Shown piece by piece: positions 1 to 9,218 of a stretch of DNA of 64,000 bases; within the stretch, counting starts at the first letter, position 1; each line of letters begins with the position of its first letter. Both the position numbers and the translations under genes were made by a program. The notes beneath the pieces are model-generated. The model worked only from the letters and a program-made list of their open reading frames with translations, searched no databases and was not told where the DNA came from. Where the stretch lies: the NCBI GenBank assembly GCA_945898275.1, contig CAMDHZ010000002.1, positions 5,007 through 69,006 of the forward strand, written 5' to 3'. The DNA is from Chitinophaga pinensis. GTDB taxonomy: Bacteria; Bacteroidota; Bacteroidia; UKL13-3.

Positions 1-68
1 GAGCAAGATTTGGTTTGCTAACAGATAAATTTGGCATCAATTGGCAATTTAATTGCGACCTAAATTAA
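1..68 (+). CDS. 3' end of a VOC/PhnB-like (glyoxalase superfamily) protein, truncated by the window start
   Basis: Not in the ORF track. The frame from nt 3 reads ARFGLLTDKFGINWQFNCDLN*, matching the typical PhnB/VOC C-terminal FG.L.DKFG..W motif. It overlaps the uvrA 3' end. Confidence 0.7.
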   Translation, partial: ARFGLLTDKFGINWQFNCDLN

Positions 69-2928
69 GTTCCTTTGCCAGAAATGTCGCGGTGTGACTT
101 ACCTTTGATTTTACTAGCTCTTCAGGGGTTCCTACGGCAATAACCTCACCTCCATGTCTTCCGCCTTCTGGGCCAATATCAATGATGTGATCAGCAACTT
201 TTATGATATCTAAATTGTGTTCAATTACCAAAACGGTATTACCCTTATCGGTAAGTTTTTGAAGCACACCTAACAATACTTTTACGTCTTCAAAATGAAG
301 TCCAGTAGTTGGCTCATCTAAAATATAAAAGGTGTTTCCAGTGTCCTTTTTGCTTAGTTCGGTTGCAAGTTTAACGCGTTGCGCTTCTCCTCCACTTAAG
401 GTGGTGCTTTGCTGACCCAAAGTAATGTATCCTAAACCTACATCATTGAGTGCACTTATTTTTCTTAGAATATGTGGAGTATGCTCAAAATAGTTGATGG
501 CTTCTTCTACAGGCATATCAAGCACGTCATTAATGCTTTTTCCTTTGTATCTTACTTCTAAGGTTTCACGGTTATATCGTTTGCCATTGCAAGTTTCACA
601 TTTAACATAAACGTCTGGAAGAAAATTCATTTCAATGGCTCTCATGCCAGCACCTTGGCAGGTTTCGCATCTACCGCCTTTTACATTAAAGGAAAATCTA
701 CCAGGTTTATATCCTCTAATTTTAGCTTCAGGCAAAGAGGCAAATAAGTTACGGATGTCACTAAAAACCTCCACATAAGTAGCAGGGTTACTCCTAGGCG
801 TTCTTCCAATCGGACTTTGGTCTATCTCTATAACTTTATCAATGTGTTCAAGGCCTTTAATGCTTTTATAAACTAAAGGTTTCTGATGAGAGTTGTAGAA
901 ATGCTGTCTTAAAATTGGGTATAGAGTTTCATTAATTAGTGAAGATTTACCGCTACCACTCACACCAGTTACACAAATCAACTTACCAAGTGGGAAAGTA
1001 ACATTCACATTTTTGAGATTGTTGCCATTTGCACCTTTAAGCACTAGGTCTTTGCCATTACCTTTTCTGCGTTGCTTTGGAATTTCAATACTTCTAACGC
1101 CATTTAGGTACTGCGCAGTAATGGAATTAGACAAGAGGATGTCTTGAAGAGTTCCTTGCGCAGCAATATGTCCGCCGTGAACACCAGCTCCGTAACCAAT
1201 ATCTAAAATAAAATCACTTTCCTCCATCATGTCTTTGTCGTGTTCAACCACAATAACACTATTTCCAATATCTCGCAAAGATTTAAGCGAGTTAATTAGC
1301 CTAACATTATCACGCTGGTGTAATCCTATACTTGGTTCATCCAAAATATATAAAACGCCTGTGAGTTGGGAACCAATTTGAGTGGCTAATCGAATCCGTT
1401 GAGCCTCTCCCCCACTAAGGGTTTTAGAGGGGGAGTTCAAGGTTAAATAATCAATGCCAACATTTCGCAAAAACTGTATACGACTTCTAATTTCCTTTAA
1501 GATTTCAGCAGAAATAATGAGTTGTTTCTCATCCATTTTAGATTCAACATCTTCGAACCAGTCGCCTAAAGCATGGATTTCCAATTGGGCTAATTCTGCT
1601 ATATTCTTATCGCCAATTTTATAAAAAAGTGATTCCTTTTTTAATCTTGCACCGTGGCAGGAAGGACAGGGTTGAAGCTCCATAAATTCTTCTGCCCATC
1701 TGTAGATTGCATCATAACTTTTTTCATGATAATGACGCGTAATTAGAGGAACTAATCCTTCCCAAGTTGCATTATAATTTTGGGCGTAACCACTGCTATA
1801 TTGATAAGGAATGACAATGGGTTCATCAGAGCCATAAAGAATTATTTTTAGGGCTTCTTCACTTATTTTCTCAATTGGGTCAGCAAAAGAAAACTTATGC
1901 CTTTTCCCTAACTCTCTTAATTGCAAAAAAGTCCAATTATCCCTAGCCTCTCCTAATGGTGTTAAAGCGCCCTTATTGATACTTAATTTTGCATCAGGAA
2001 TGATTGCTTTTTCATCAATAATACTTTTAACCCCTAAGCCATCACAGATAGGACAAGCGCCATACGGAGAATTAAAAGAAAAGCTATTGGGTTGCGGTTC
2101 ATCATAAGAAATACCACTTTTTGGATCCATAAGAAACTTACTATAATGAAAAACCTCATTTGTAGTGTTTTCTAAAACGAGCAGGGTTCCTTTCCCCATT
2201 TTTAGTGCACTTTTGACGCTTTCCGAAACTCTAAATTTGGCTCCTTTGGTGGTTTCAATTCTGTCGATTAATAATTCAATATCATGAATTTTATACCTAT
2301 CAGCCTGCATTTTAGGGCTAATATCTACCAATGCTCCATCTAGTCTTATTTTAGTGTAACCTTGCTTTCTAACTTGTTCGAATAATTCACGGTAATGCCC
2401 TTTCCTTCCTTTAATCAAAGGTGCCAATATTGAAATTTTCTTATTCTCAAATTTTTGTACAATAGAACTTATAATTTGTTCTTCAGAAAATCTTACCATC
2501 TTTTCCCCTGTTTCGTAACTAAATGCTTCAGAGGCCCTGGCATAAAGAAGTCGTAGGAAATCATATATTTCTGTGATGGTACCAACGGTTGAACGAGGAT
2601 TTTTATTTACAGTTTTCTGCTCAATAGCAATCACTGGCGAGAGCCCATTGATTTTATCAACATTTGGTCTTTCCATGTTACCAATAAACTGACGGGCATA
2701 AGCAGAAAAGCTTTCCATGTATCGCCTTTGACCCTCAGCAAAAAGCGTATCAAAAGCCAGAGAAGACTTTCCACTTCCACTTAAACCAGTTATGGTTACA
2801 AGTTTATTTCTTGGAATGATAACATCAATATTCTTGAGGTTGTGTTCCCTTGCTCCTAATATTTCTATTACACCACTATCCCCTACAAAACCTTGAGAAA
2901 AGCTATTTTTTTCTGCTATTTCAGTCAT
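49..2928 (-). CDS. uvrA: Excinuclease ABC subunit A
   Basis: Two ABC ATPase modules (GLSGSGKSSLAFDT, GVSGSGKSSL, LSGGEAQR) and zinc-finger CxxC pairs; 959 aa. Confidence 0.98.
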   Translation of the reverse strand: MTEIAEKNSFSQGFVGDSGVIEILGAREHNLKNIDVIIPRNKLVTITGLSGSGKSSLAFDTLFAEGQRRYMESFSAYARQFIGNMERPNVDKINGLSPVIAIEQKTVNKNPRSTVGTITEIYDFLRLLYARASEAFSYETGEKMVRFSEEQIISSIVQKFENKKISILAPLIKGRKGHYRELFEQVRKQGYTKIRLDGALVDISPKMQADRYKIHDIELLIDRIETTKGAKFRVSESVKSALKMGKGTLLVLENTTNEVFHYSKFLMDPKSGISYDEPQPNSFSFNSPYGACPICDGLGVKSIIDEKAIIPDAKLSINKGALTPLGEARDNWTFLQLRELGKRHKFSFADPIEKISEEALKIILYGSDEPIVIPYQYSSGYAQNYNATWEGLVPLITRHYHEKSYDAIYRWAEEFMELQPCPSCHGARLKKESLFYKIGDKNIAELAQLEIHALGDWFEDVESKMDEKQLIISAEILKEIRSRIQFLRNVGIDYLTLNSPSKTLSGGEAQRIRLATQIGSQLTGVLYILDEPSIGLHQRDNVRLINSLKSLRDIGNSVIVVEHDKDMMEESDFILDIGYGAGVHGGHIAAQGTLQDILLSNSITAQYLNGVRSIEIPKQRRKGNGKDLVLKGANGNNLKNVNVTFPLGKLICVTGVSGSGKSSLINETLYPILRQHFYNSHQKPLVYKSIKGLEHIDKVIEIDQSPIGRTPRSNPATYVEVFSDIRNLFASLPEAKIRGYKPGRFSFNVKGGRCETCQGAGMRAIEMNFLPDVYVKCETCNGKRYNRETLEVRYKGKSINDVLDMPVEEAINYFEHTPHILRKISALNDVGLGYITLGQQSTTLSGGEAQRVKLATELSKKDTGNTFYILDEPTTGLHFEDVKVLLGVLQKLTDKGNTVLVIEHNLDIIKVADHIIDIGPEGGRHGGEVIAVGTPEELVKSKVSHTATFLAKELNLGRN

Positions 2929-2976
2929 TATATCTAATTAACAAAGAATACTTAAATCTGTGTTGAACCACCTATT

Positions 2977-3741
2977 TTAAATATATCCCTTTACTTTATA
3001 AACTACCAAACCAATCCATTCCTTCATCATGAAAGTCCACAATTGAAACCCGCCATAGCTAGGAATAATGGTATTTAATATCGTATTCCTACTACGTAAA
3101 CTTTTTATATCTGCACTGTAAGGAACAACATTAAATCCTTGTTTCTCAAAACATAACTTTGCTCTAAGCATGTGGAATCCGGCAGTTACCAAAACATACC
3201 TTTTTTGCTTCCAATTTTTATCCAAATTTTCTAGCATATTGGCGGTGTACTTTGCATTTTGAAAAGTATTCATAGAAAGGGTTTCGATAAGAATGCAAGA
3301 ATCTGGTATGCCACATTTTACCATGAACTCCTTGCCAAGCCTAGATTCTGGAATAAAACCACCAAAAACTGTATCAGCACCACCAGTATAAATTATTTTT
3401 TTTGCTATACCACTTTTATACAAATCTATCGCTTGGCACATTCTATCATTTCCATCATTATAATTTGCTCTAACAACTCCATTCAACATAAAATTTGAGA
3501 CAAACCCACTTGGAACAATAATGGCTTCAAATTGCTCTGTTTTAGCAATTGAAATAGGTGGAACTTCGTAAAATTTAATAACGGATTGAGCCAACCATGG
3601 ATTAGTAAAAAAGATTAATAATCCAAAACCATAATATAAATTTCTCTTAACCTTGGTAATAAAATAAAGTAGAAAAAAAATAATAACGATTGATAAAGGT
3701 GCGATTAAAGCATATGCCACCTTTGATAAAAAATAGAACAT
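2977..3741 (-). CDS. YdcF/ElyC family (DUF218) membrane protein
   Basis: N-terminal TM segments; IIYTGG, E..S.NT..NA, VLVT..FHM.RA and KEWIG motifs. Confidence 0.88.
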   Translation of the reverse strand: MFYFLSKVAYALIAPLSIVIIFFLLYFITKVKRNLYYGFGLLIFFTNPWLAQSVIKFYEVPPISIAKTEQFEAIIVPSGFVSNFMLNGVVRANYNDGNDRMCQAIDLYKSGIAKKIIYTGGADTVFGGFIPESRLGKEFMVKCGIPDSCILIETLSMNTFQNAKYTANMLENLDKNWKQKRYVLVTAGFHMLRAKLCFEKQGFNVVPYSADIKSLRSRNTILNTIIPSYGGFQLWTFMMKEWIGLVVYKVKGYI

Positions 3742-3742
3742 A

Positions 3743-4732
3743 TTAATTCTTCATTAAATATTGGTAATAAACTATCACAGCTAAAATCAAAAACAAAGAA
3801 ATTTCCTTTATCCATTTCCAAGAAGTTCTAACAAAATAATTGGCCATCAAAAAACTTAAAGGAATGGATAAGTATGGCAAAGCAAGCTCAAACCCATAAT
3901 CTCCAGCTAACAAAGATAAGAAACCAAACGGAACCATAATGATTATCATTAGTTGAAGCCTTCTTGTTTTAACTTTATTTCTGAAAAAATTAGTTTGAAT
4001 TTGAAGTGCTGAAAAGGTAAGAATCGGCAAAATAACAAACCATATATACCCCTTTTCCAATGTTATTCCTAAAGACTTAAAATAGGATTTATCAATGGTG
4101 TAATACAGCGCCTCTAATAGATTGGAGATATTTCCATTCACATATAAAAAAGCAGCAAGAAAATATAGCGGTACACCAATAGATAAAATAGCTACTAGCA
4201 AATACCTAACATTAAACTTGGTCATGTAAATAATACTTAACAAAATGAAAGGTAGATACAGAATCAAATCTGGGTCGAACAATAATCCTAAACCTAATAA
4301 AATACCTGCATCAATTACAGGAAAAATAGGATTAGGAGATTCATATAAGAAGCAAAGTCTAAAAACGAGTAAAATAAGAAAAGTATTAGCTATCAGTTGT
4401 GGTGTTAAAAGCTGTTGTGGCGCATAAATGCTATTCAACAAAACAAAAAACAAACCTGGCAAAACGCTGTCTTTGAAGATAACTTGTTGTGAATTAGAAA
4501 TAAAATTAACAAAAAATGCTTGCAGAATAACCAACAAGGCAGCTACAAGTGCACTTTGCCAACCCAAAGGAGCATATTGATGCATCCAGTTTAGTACAAA
4601 CTGAGCAGCAGGCGTTGGAGACTGAATATAAAGTGGAATGTCAATAATAAATCCCGGTAGTCTAATCAAAATTGAAAAGACTAAAAATGCAATTAAAGCA
4701 CTAAGAGTATTGGTTCTAAAAAGATTGAGCAC
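3743..4732 (-). CDS. Polytopic membrane protein (DUF6427-like, Bacteroidota)
   Basis: Hydrophobic throughout with about 9-10 TM segments; GTG start; co-oriented with its neighbours. Confidence 0.65.
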   Translation of the reverse strand: MLNLFRTNTLSALIAFLVFSILIRLPGFIIDIPLYIQSPTPAAQFVLNWMHQYAPLGWQSALVAALLVILQAFFVNFISNSQQVIFKDSVLPGLFFVLLNSIYAPQQLLTPQLIANTFLILLVFRLCFLYESPNPIFPVIDAGILLGLGLLFDPDLILYLPFILLSIIYMTKFNVRYLLVAILSIGVPLYFLAAFLYVNGNISNLLEALYYTIDKSYFKSLGITLEKGYIWFVILPILTFSALQIQTNFFRNKVKTRRLQLMIIIMVPFGFLSLLAGDYGFELALPYLSIPLSFLMANYFVRTSWKWIKEISLFLILAVIVYYQYLMKN

Positions 4733-4734
4733 GC

Positions 4735-6228
4735 TTAAAATTTAATTCGAACCAAAGTAAATAATTTATCACGAATCGTTGATGCAACCAAAGAATTTGC
4801 AGAAACTTGTCTAAACTCAGAAGGCACCAAGGAAATGTTAAAACTTGTATTTTTAATTAAAACTTTTTCTTCGGCCCTACCTTGATAGTTTATTGAATGT
4901 AGCATCACATTCCCATCACTATCCAAATCACTATTATACAAAATATGGACAAAATCTTGAGTTGGAATTATGGCAACCCCAGCGTTTCCAATTTCTCCTA
5001 CTGCACTTTGCTTTTTTCTAACCACATCCGTAAAATGAATCGAACCATCTGAATTAACAGACCAAAGCACAACATCATCATAATTATAAATTACCCGAAC
5101 TCCTTCCATTGGCATATTATTAAGGTAATAATTGTAGCGTTGTTCAACTCTCGTGTATTTTTCTGCTGCAACTATAATTCCCCCATCTGAGCGTGGAATT
5201 ATCTTTCGAATGTAAAAGTTGTCTAAACCTTGGGTGAACTTTTCAGATTTGGGTGGCAATAATTTTTCCAATATTTCGGGTTGAACCAAGGATTGAAATC
5301 TCAATAAAGTTTCTTTAGTAATGATGCTGTACCTATTATAAAAATAACCGTTAACATCCTTTCCTTCTGCCACTGAGTAAAAGCCAAAAACTGCAATTGT
5401 TTTGTTAAAATTATTTACTGTAAACCCTAATTCTTCTATGAATTGGTCTTGGCCGCCTAATTCATAAGCAAACATTTTATCCAAATCAGGATAATAGGCA
5501 TATAAAAAAAAGGCCCTTGAATCAACACTTCCTTTCTCAACCGTTTTCGGATAATCCAAAAGGACATAAGCATTTCCTTCATTATCGATATCAAATGCAG
5601 TTAAAAAAACTTCCTTATGTGAACTTTCCAACGAAAACTGTCTTCCAAAAATCTGTTGAGTAGCGCCTTGATAAGCATATAAGTTTAATTTACTTTCATT
5701 TGCTTCTGTCCCTTTTGTTAAAAACATAATACCAACCATAGTTTTTGCAGCATTTGTTTTAACCTGAATTTTTCTGCGCTCTAAATAACCAGCCACTGGA
5801 AAACTACAAATCACCGAAGGTCCGCCAACGTTCTTCAAGTTTTCATCCATTTTTTGAGCCAAAATATCAATGGTATTAGTGGAAACATTCTTAGCGCTTA
5901 TAAAAACAAATAATTCATTATTTACCAATAAAACACGTTCAACTAAACCATTTACTGCCAAAGGAAGGGATATACTTAATTCTTGACTTAGATTACTCTT
6001 ATACTTCTCAATAATTACTTCAGCACTAAAATCGCTGTTTTTACACCTTAGCAGATATAAACCATTGGAGGTTTCACCTATAATCTGTGTAAACAGATTT
6101 TTATTCTTAATTTTTTGGGGACTTCCCCACTCAATTGCTTGAGCGCTTCCTCCCAGTGGCTTTAGGATAAACAAAGCTGTAACTAAGTAAAAAATTGACT
6201 TCAAATTAATAATATTCAGTTTTATCAT
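4735..6228 (-). CDS. Secreted hypothetical beta-rich protein
   Basis: 497 aa ORF with a signal peptide; no recognisable catalytic motif. Confidence 0.65.
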   Translation of the reverse strand: MIKLNIINLKSIFYLVTALFILKPLGGSAQAIEWGSPQKIKNKNLFTQIIGETSNGLYLLRCKNSDFSAEVIIEKYKSNLSQELSISLPLAVNGLVERVLLVNNELFVFISAKNVSTNTIDILAQKMDENLKNVGGPSVICSFPVAGYLERRKIQVKTNAAKTMVGIMFLTKGTEANESKLNLYAYQGATQQIFGRQFSLESSHKEVFLTAFDIDNEGNAYVLLDYPKTVEKGSVDSRAFFLYAYYPDLDKMFAYELGGQDQFIEELGFTVNNFNKTIAVFGFYSVAEGKDVNGYFYNRYSIITKETLLRFQSLVQPEILEKLLPPKSEKFTQGLDNFYIRKIIPRSDGGIIVAAEKYTRVEQRYNYYLNNMPMEGVRVIYNYDDVVLWSVNSDGSIHFTDVVRKKQSAVGEIGNAGVAIIPTQDFVHILYNSDLDSDGNVMLHSINYQGRAEEKVLIKNTSFNISLVPSEFRQVSANSLVASTIRDKLFTLVRIKF

Positions 6229-6238
6229 AAATAGTAGG

Positions 6239-6266
6239 CGAAGATACCTGATATGAACTATTTTCG
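6239..6266. promoter_or_regulatory. Divergent Bacteroidota sigma-ABfr -7 elements (TAnnTTCG variants)
   Basis: TATCTTCG on the minus strand (6239-6246) and TATTTTCG on the plus strand (6259-6266), within a 50-bp divergent intergenic region. Confidence 0.5.
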
Positions 6267-6278
6267 CTTGAATTTCTT

Positions 6279-7451
6279 ATGACAAAAAAACAAATTTTTG
6301 ATACAAGCAAAAAAGAGGAAACTGCGATAATGGTGGGTATAATAACCCAAAATTTAAGAGTAGAGCAAGCAGAAGAATACCTTGATGAGCTTGAGTTTTT
6401 AGCCTTAACTGCTGGAGCAATCGTTAAAAAGCGCTTTCTACAAAGACTTAATTATCCAAATCCAAGAACTTTTATTGGAGCTGGGAAGTTGCAAGAAATT
6501 GGCGAGTATATTACGGTAAATGAAATCGATATAGTCTTTTTCGATGATGAACTTAGTCCATCTCAAATTCGAAATTTGGAACAAGAGCTTAAATGTAAAA
6601 TTCTAGATCGCAGCAATTTAATCCTAGATATTTTTGCCTCGAGAGCCAGAACTGCTCAGGCTAGGTTTCAAGTAGAATTGGCTCAAGCCCAATACTTATT
6701 GCCAAGACTAACCCGCATGTGGACCCACCTTAGCAAACAAAAAGGAGGAATTGGAATGAAAGGTCCTGGTGAAACAGAAATTGAGACCGATAGAAGGATA
6801 CTCAGAACCACAATTACAAAACTTAAGGCAAAGCTGGCGATAATAGATAAACAAGCAGAAACTCAGAGGAAAACCAGGGATTCCAAAGTTAGGGTTTCAT
6901 TGGTTGGATATACCAATGTAGGGAAATCAACCTTAATGAATACTATTGCTAAAACCAATGTTTTTGCCGAGGATAAGCTTTTCGCAACCCTCGATTCAAC
7001 GGTTAGAAAAGTAGATTGGCCAGGAAAAACCTTTTTATTGAGCGACACAGTTGGGTTTATTAGGAAATTACCACACCAATTGGTAGAATGCTTCAAATCA
7101 ACTTTGGACGAAATTAGAGAAGCAGATATTCTATTACATGTTGTGGATATCAGTCATCCAAATTTTGAAGACCAAATAAATGTTGTAAATGAAACTCTTA
7201 AAGAAATTGGAGCCTCAAATAAGAAAGTAATTTTGGTTTTTAACAAAATTGACAACCTAAAGAAACCCCTCTTTTTTGAAGACGAAACCATAGAAAGTTC
7301 TGAGGAATACCTAGAACTACTAAAAAAGTCTTGGATGGCTAAAGATAGTAATCCTACGCTGTTTGTAAGTGCCTCCAAAAAAATAAATCTAGATACGTTA
7401 AGAATAACTTTAGCAGATGTAATTGATAATTTTGAAAAAAACAGAGGCTAA
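6279..7451 (+). CDS. hflX: GTPase HflX
   Basis: GPGETEIETDRR, GYTNVGKSTL, LFATLD, DTVGFI and NKID motifs. Confidence 0.97.
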   Translation: MTKKQIFDTSKKEETAIMVGIITQNLRVEQAEEYLDELEFLALTAGAIVKKRFLQRLNYPNPRTFIGAGKLQEIGEYITVNEIDIVFFDDELSPSQIRNLEQELKCKILDRSNLILDIFASRARTAQARFQVELAQAQYLLPRLTRMWTHLSKQKGGIGMKGPGETEIETDRRILRTTITKLKAKLAIIDKQAETQRKTRDSKVRVSLVGYTNVGKSTLMNTIAKTNVFAEDKLFATLDSTVRKVDWPGKTFLLSDTVGFIRKLPHQLVECFKSTLDEIREADILLHVVDISHPNFEDQINVVNETLKEIGASNKKVILVFNKIDNLKKPLFFEDETIESSEEYLELLKKSWMAKDSNPTLFVSASKKINLDTLRITLADVIDNFEKNRG

Positions 7452-7495
7452 GCAATTTAGAGAATTCAATTGAATCCTTATTTTCGCAATATCAC

Positions 7496-8665
7496 ATGAA
7501 TCAGGATACACAAAAAAATATTGAGTTAAGCATTATTATGCCTTGTCTTAATGAAGCCGAAACCTTGGCTACTTGTATTAATAAGGCAAATTCTTGGCTT
7601 AAGGAAAACAATGTATCAGGCGAAGTAATCATAGGCGACAACGGCAGCACAGATGGTTCTCAACAAATTGCACTATCGCTTGGCGCAAGGGTAATTGACG
7701 TTCCTAGAAAAGGTTATGGGGCTGCCTTAATGGGCGCCATTGAAGCAGCAAATGGAAAGTATATTATCATGGGAGACAGTGATGATTCTTATGATTTTGG
7801 CAAACTAGACCTATTTGTACAAGAGTTAAGAAATGGTTATGATTTGGTTATGGGCAATCGTTTTAAAGGTGGAATTATGCCTGGAGCAATGCCTTTTCTT
7901 CATCGATATTTAGGAAATCCAGTATTATCTTTTGTAGGCAGGCTCTTCTTTAATTGTCCTGTTAAAGACTTTCATTGTGGATTAAGAGGGTTTAGACAAG
8001 ACCTAGTTAGTGTGCTTGATTTAAAAACTACTGGGATGGAATTTGCCTCTGAAATGGTTGTTAAATCAACTTTAAACAAACTAAAAATTACCGAAGTTCC
8101 AACAATTCTTAGTAAGGATGGTCGGACCAGGCCTCCACACCTCAGAACTTGGCGCGACGGATGGAGACATTTGCGTTTCCTTTTGATTTACAGCCCAAGA
8201 TGGTTGTTCCTTTACCCTGGAATCACATTGATGTTAATTGGCATGCTGCTGATGTTACTTATTATTCCTGGACCTATGGGTTTATTCAAACAAATCTATT
8301 TCGATACAAATACACTTCTGTATGCAGGTGCGTTCATAATTGTTGGCTACCAAGCAGTAAGTTTTGGTATTTTTACTAGGGCCTATGCTGTAGAATCTGG
8401 CTTCTTGCCCAAAAAAGATTCCTTGTCAAAAGCATTTGATTTAATTTCGTTAGAAAGCGGTTTGATCCTAGGTTTGCTTATTTTCTTTGTAGGATTAGCC
8501 GGAACCTTTTTCTCTCTTTACATTTGGGAAGAATCAAATTTTGGTCAACTCGAATATTCAAAAATTTTAAGAATTGTAATCCCAAGTGTGGTTGCTATAA
8601 TCGTGGGACTACAGACTGTCTTTTCAAGTTTTTTCCTAAGTGTTTTAACAGTGAATAAGAAATAA
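7496..8665 (+). CDS. GT2 glycosyltransferase, DPM1/polyprenol-phosphate glycosyltransferase-like, with C-terminal TM domain
   Basis: MPCLNE, DNGSTDGS, GYGAAL, DSD (DxD) and D.HCGLR motifs; about 4 C-terminal TM helices. Confidence 0.9.
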   Translation: MNQDTQKNIELSIIMPCLNEAETLATCINKANSWLKENNVSGEVIIGDNGSTDGSQQIALSLGARVIDVPRKGYGAALMGAIEAANGKYIIMGDSDDSYDFGKLDLFVQELRNGYDLVMGNRFKGGIMPGAMPFLHRYLGNPVLSFVGRLFFNCPVKDFHCGLRGFRQDLVSVLDLKTTGMEFASEMVVKSTLNKLKITEVPTILSKDGRTRPPHLRTWRDGWRHLRFLLIYSPRWLFLYPGITLMLIGMLLMLLIIPGPMGLFKQIYFDTNTLLYAGAFIIVGYQAVSFGIFTRAYAVESGFLPKKDSLSKAFDLISLESGLILGLLIFFVGLAGTFFSLYIWEESNFGQLEYSKILRIVIPSVVAIIVGLQTVFSSFFLSVLTVNKK

Positions 8666-9216
8666 TGAAAGCGATTGATAAATACCTTCAACGAGTAAGA
8701 ATAACTAAAGCCAAAAAATTCATTCAAAAAAATGATTCTGTTTTAGACATAGGCTCAGTTGATGGAGTAATGTTTGAGGCTTGGCAAGGTTTTATAAGCA
8801 AAGGAATTGGGGTTGACCCAACCTTGAAAGAAATTATTAAAAAAGATAATTATATCCTTTATCCTGGATACTTTCCAGAGGCTTGTCCAAAAGAAGAAAT
8901 TTTTGATGCAATAACTTTGCTTGCTGTTCTTGAACATATACCAACTTCGCAACAAGAAGCTTTAGCCAAAAATTGTCACCATTTCTTAAAGGCTAAAGGC
9001 AAACTTATCATTACAGTGCCATCACCACAAGTAGATATAATCTTGGCTATTCTAACTAAACTACGACTAATTGATGGAATGAGTTTAGAAGAGCACTTTG
9101 GCTTTGAACCTAAACATACACCTCAAATTTTTAGTGAACCTAGGTTCAAACTAATTCATAAATCACACTTCCAACTAGGACTTAACAACCTTTTTGTTTT
9201 TGAAAAAATTGGATAA
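8665..9216 (+). CDS. Class I SAM-dependent methyltransferase
   Basis: VLDIGSVDG motif I, FDAI..LAVLEHI and LK.KG.LIITVP; TAATG overlap with the upstream GT2. Confidence 0.88.
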   Translation: MKAIDKYLQRVRITKAKKFIQKNDSVLDIGSVDGVMFEAWQGFISKGIGVDPTLKEIIKKDNYILYPGYFPEACPKEEIFDAITLLAVLEHIPTSQQEALAKNCHHFLKAKGKLIITVPSPQVDIILAILTKLRLIDGMSLEEHFGFEPKHTPQIFSEPRFKLIHKSHFQLGLNNLFVFEKIG

Positions 9217-9218
9217 AT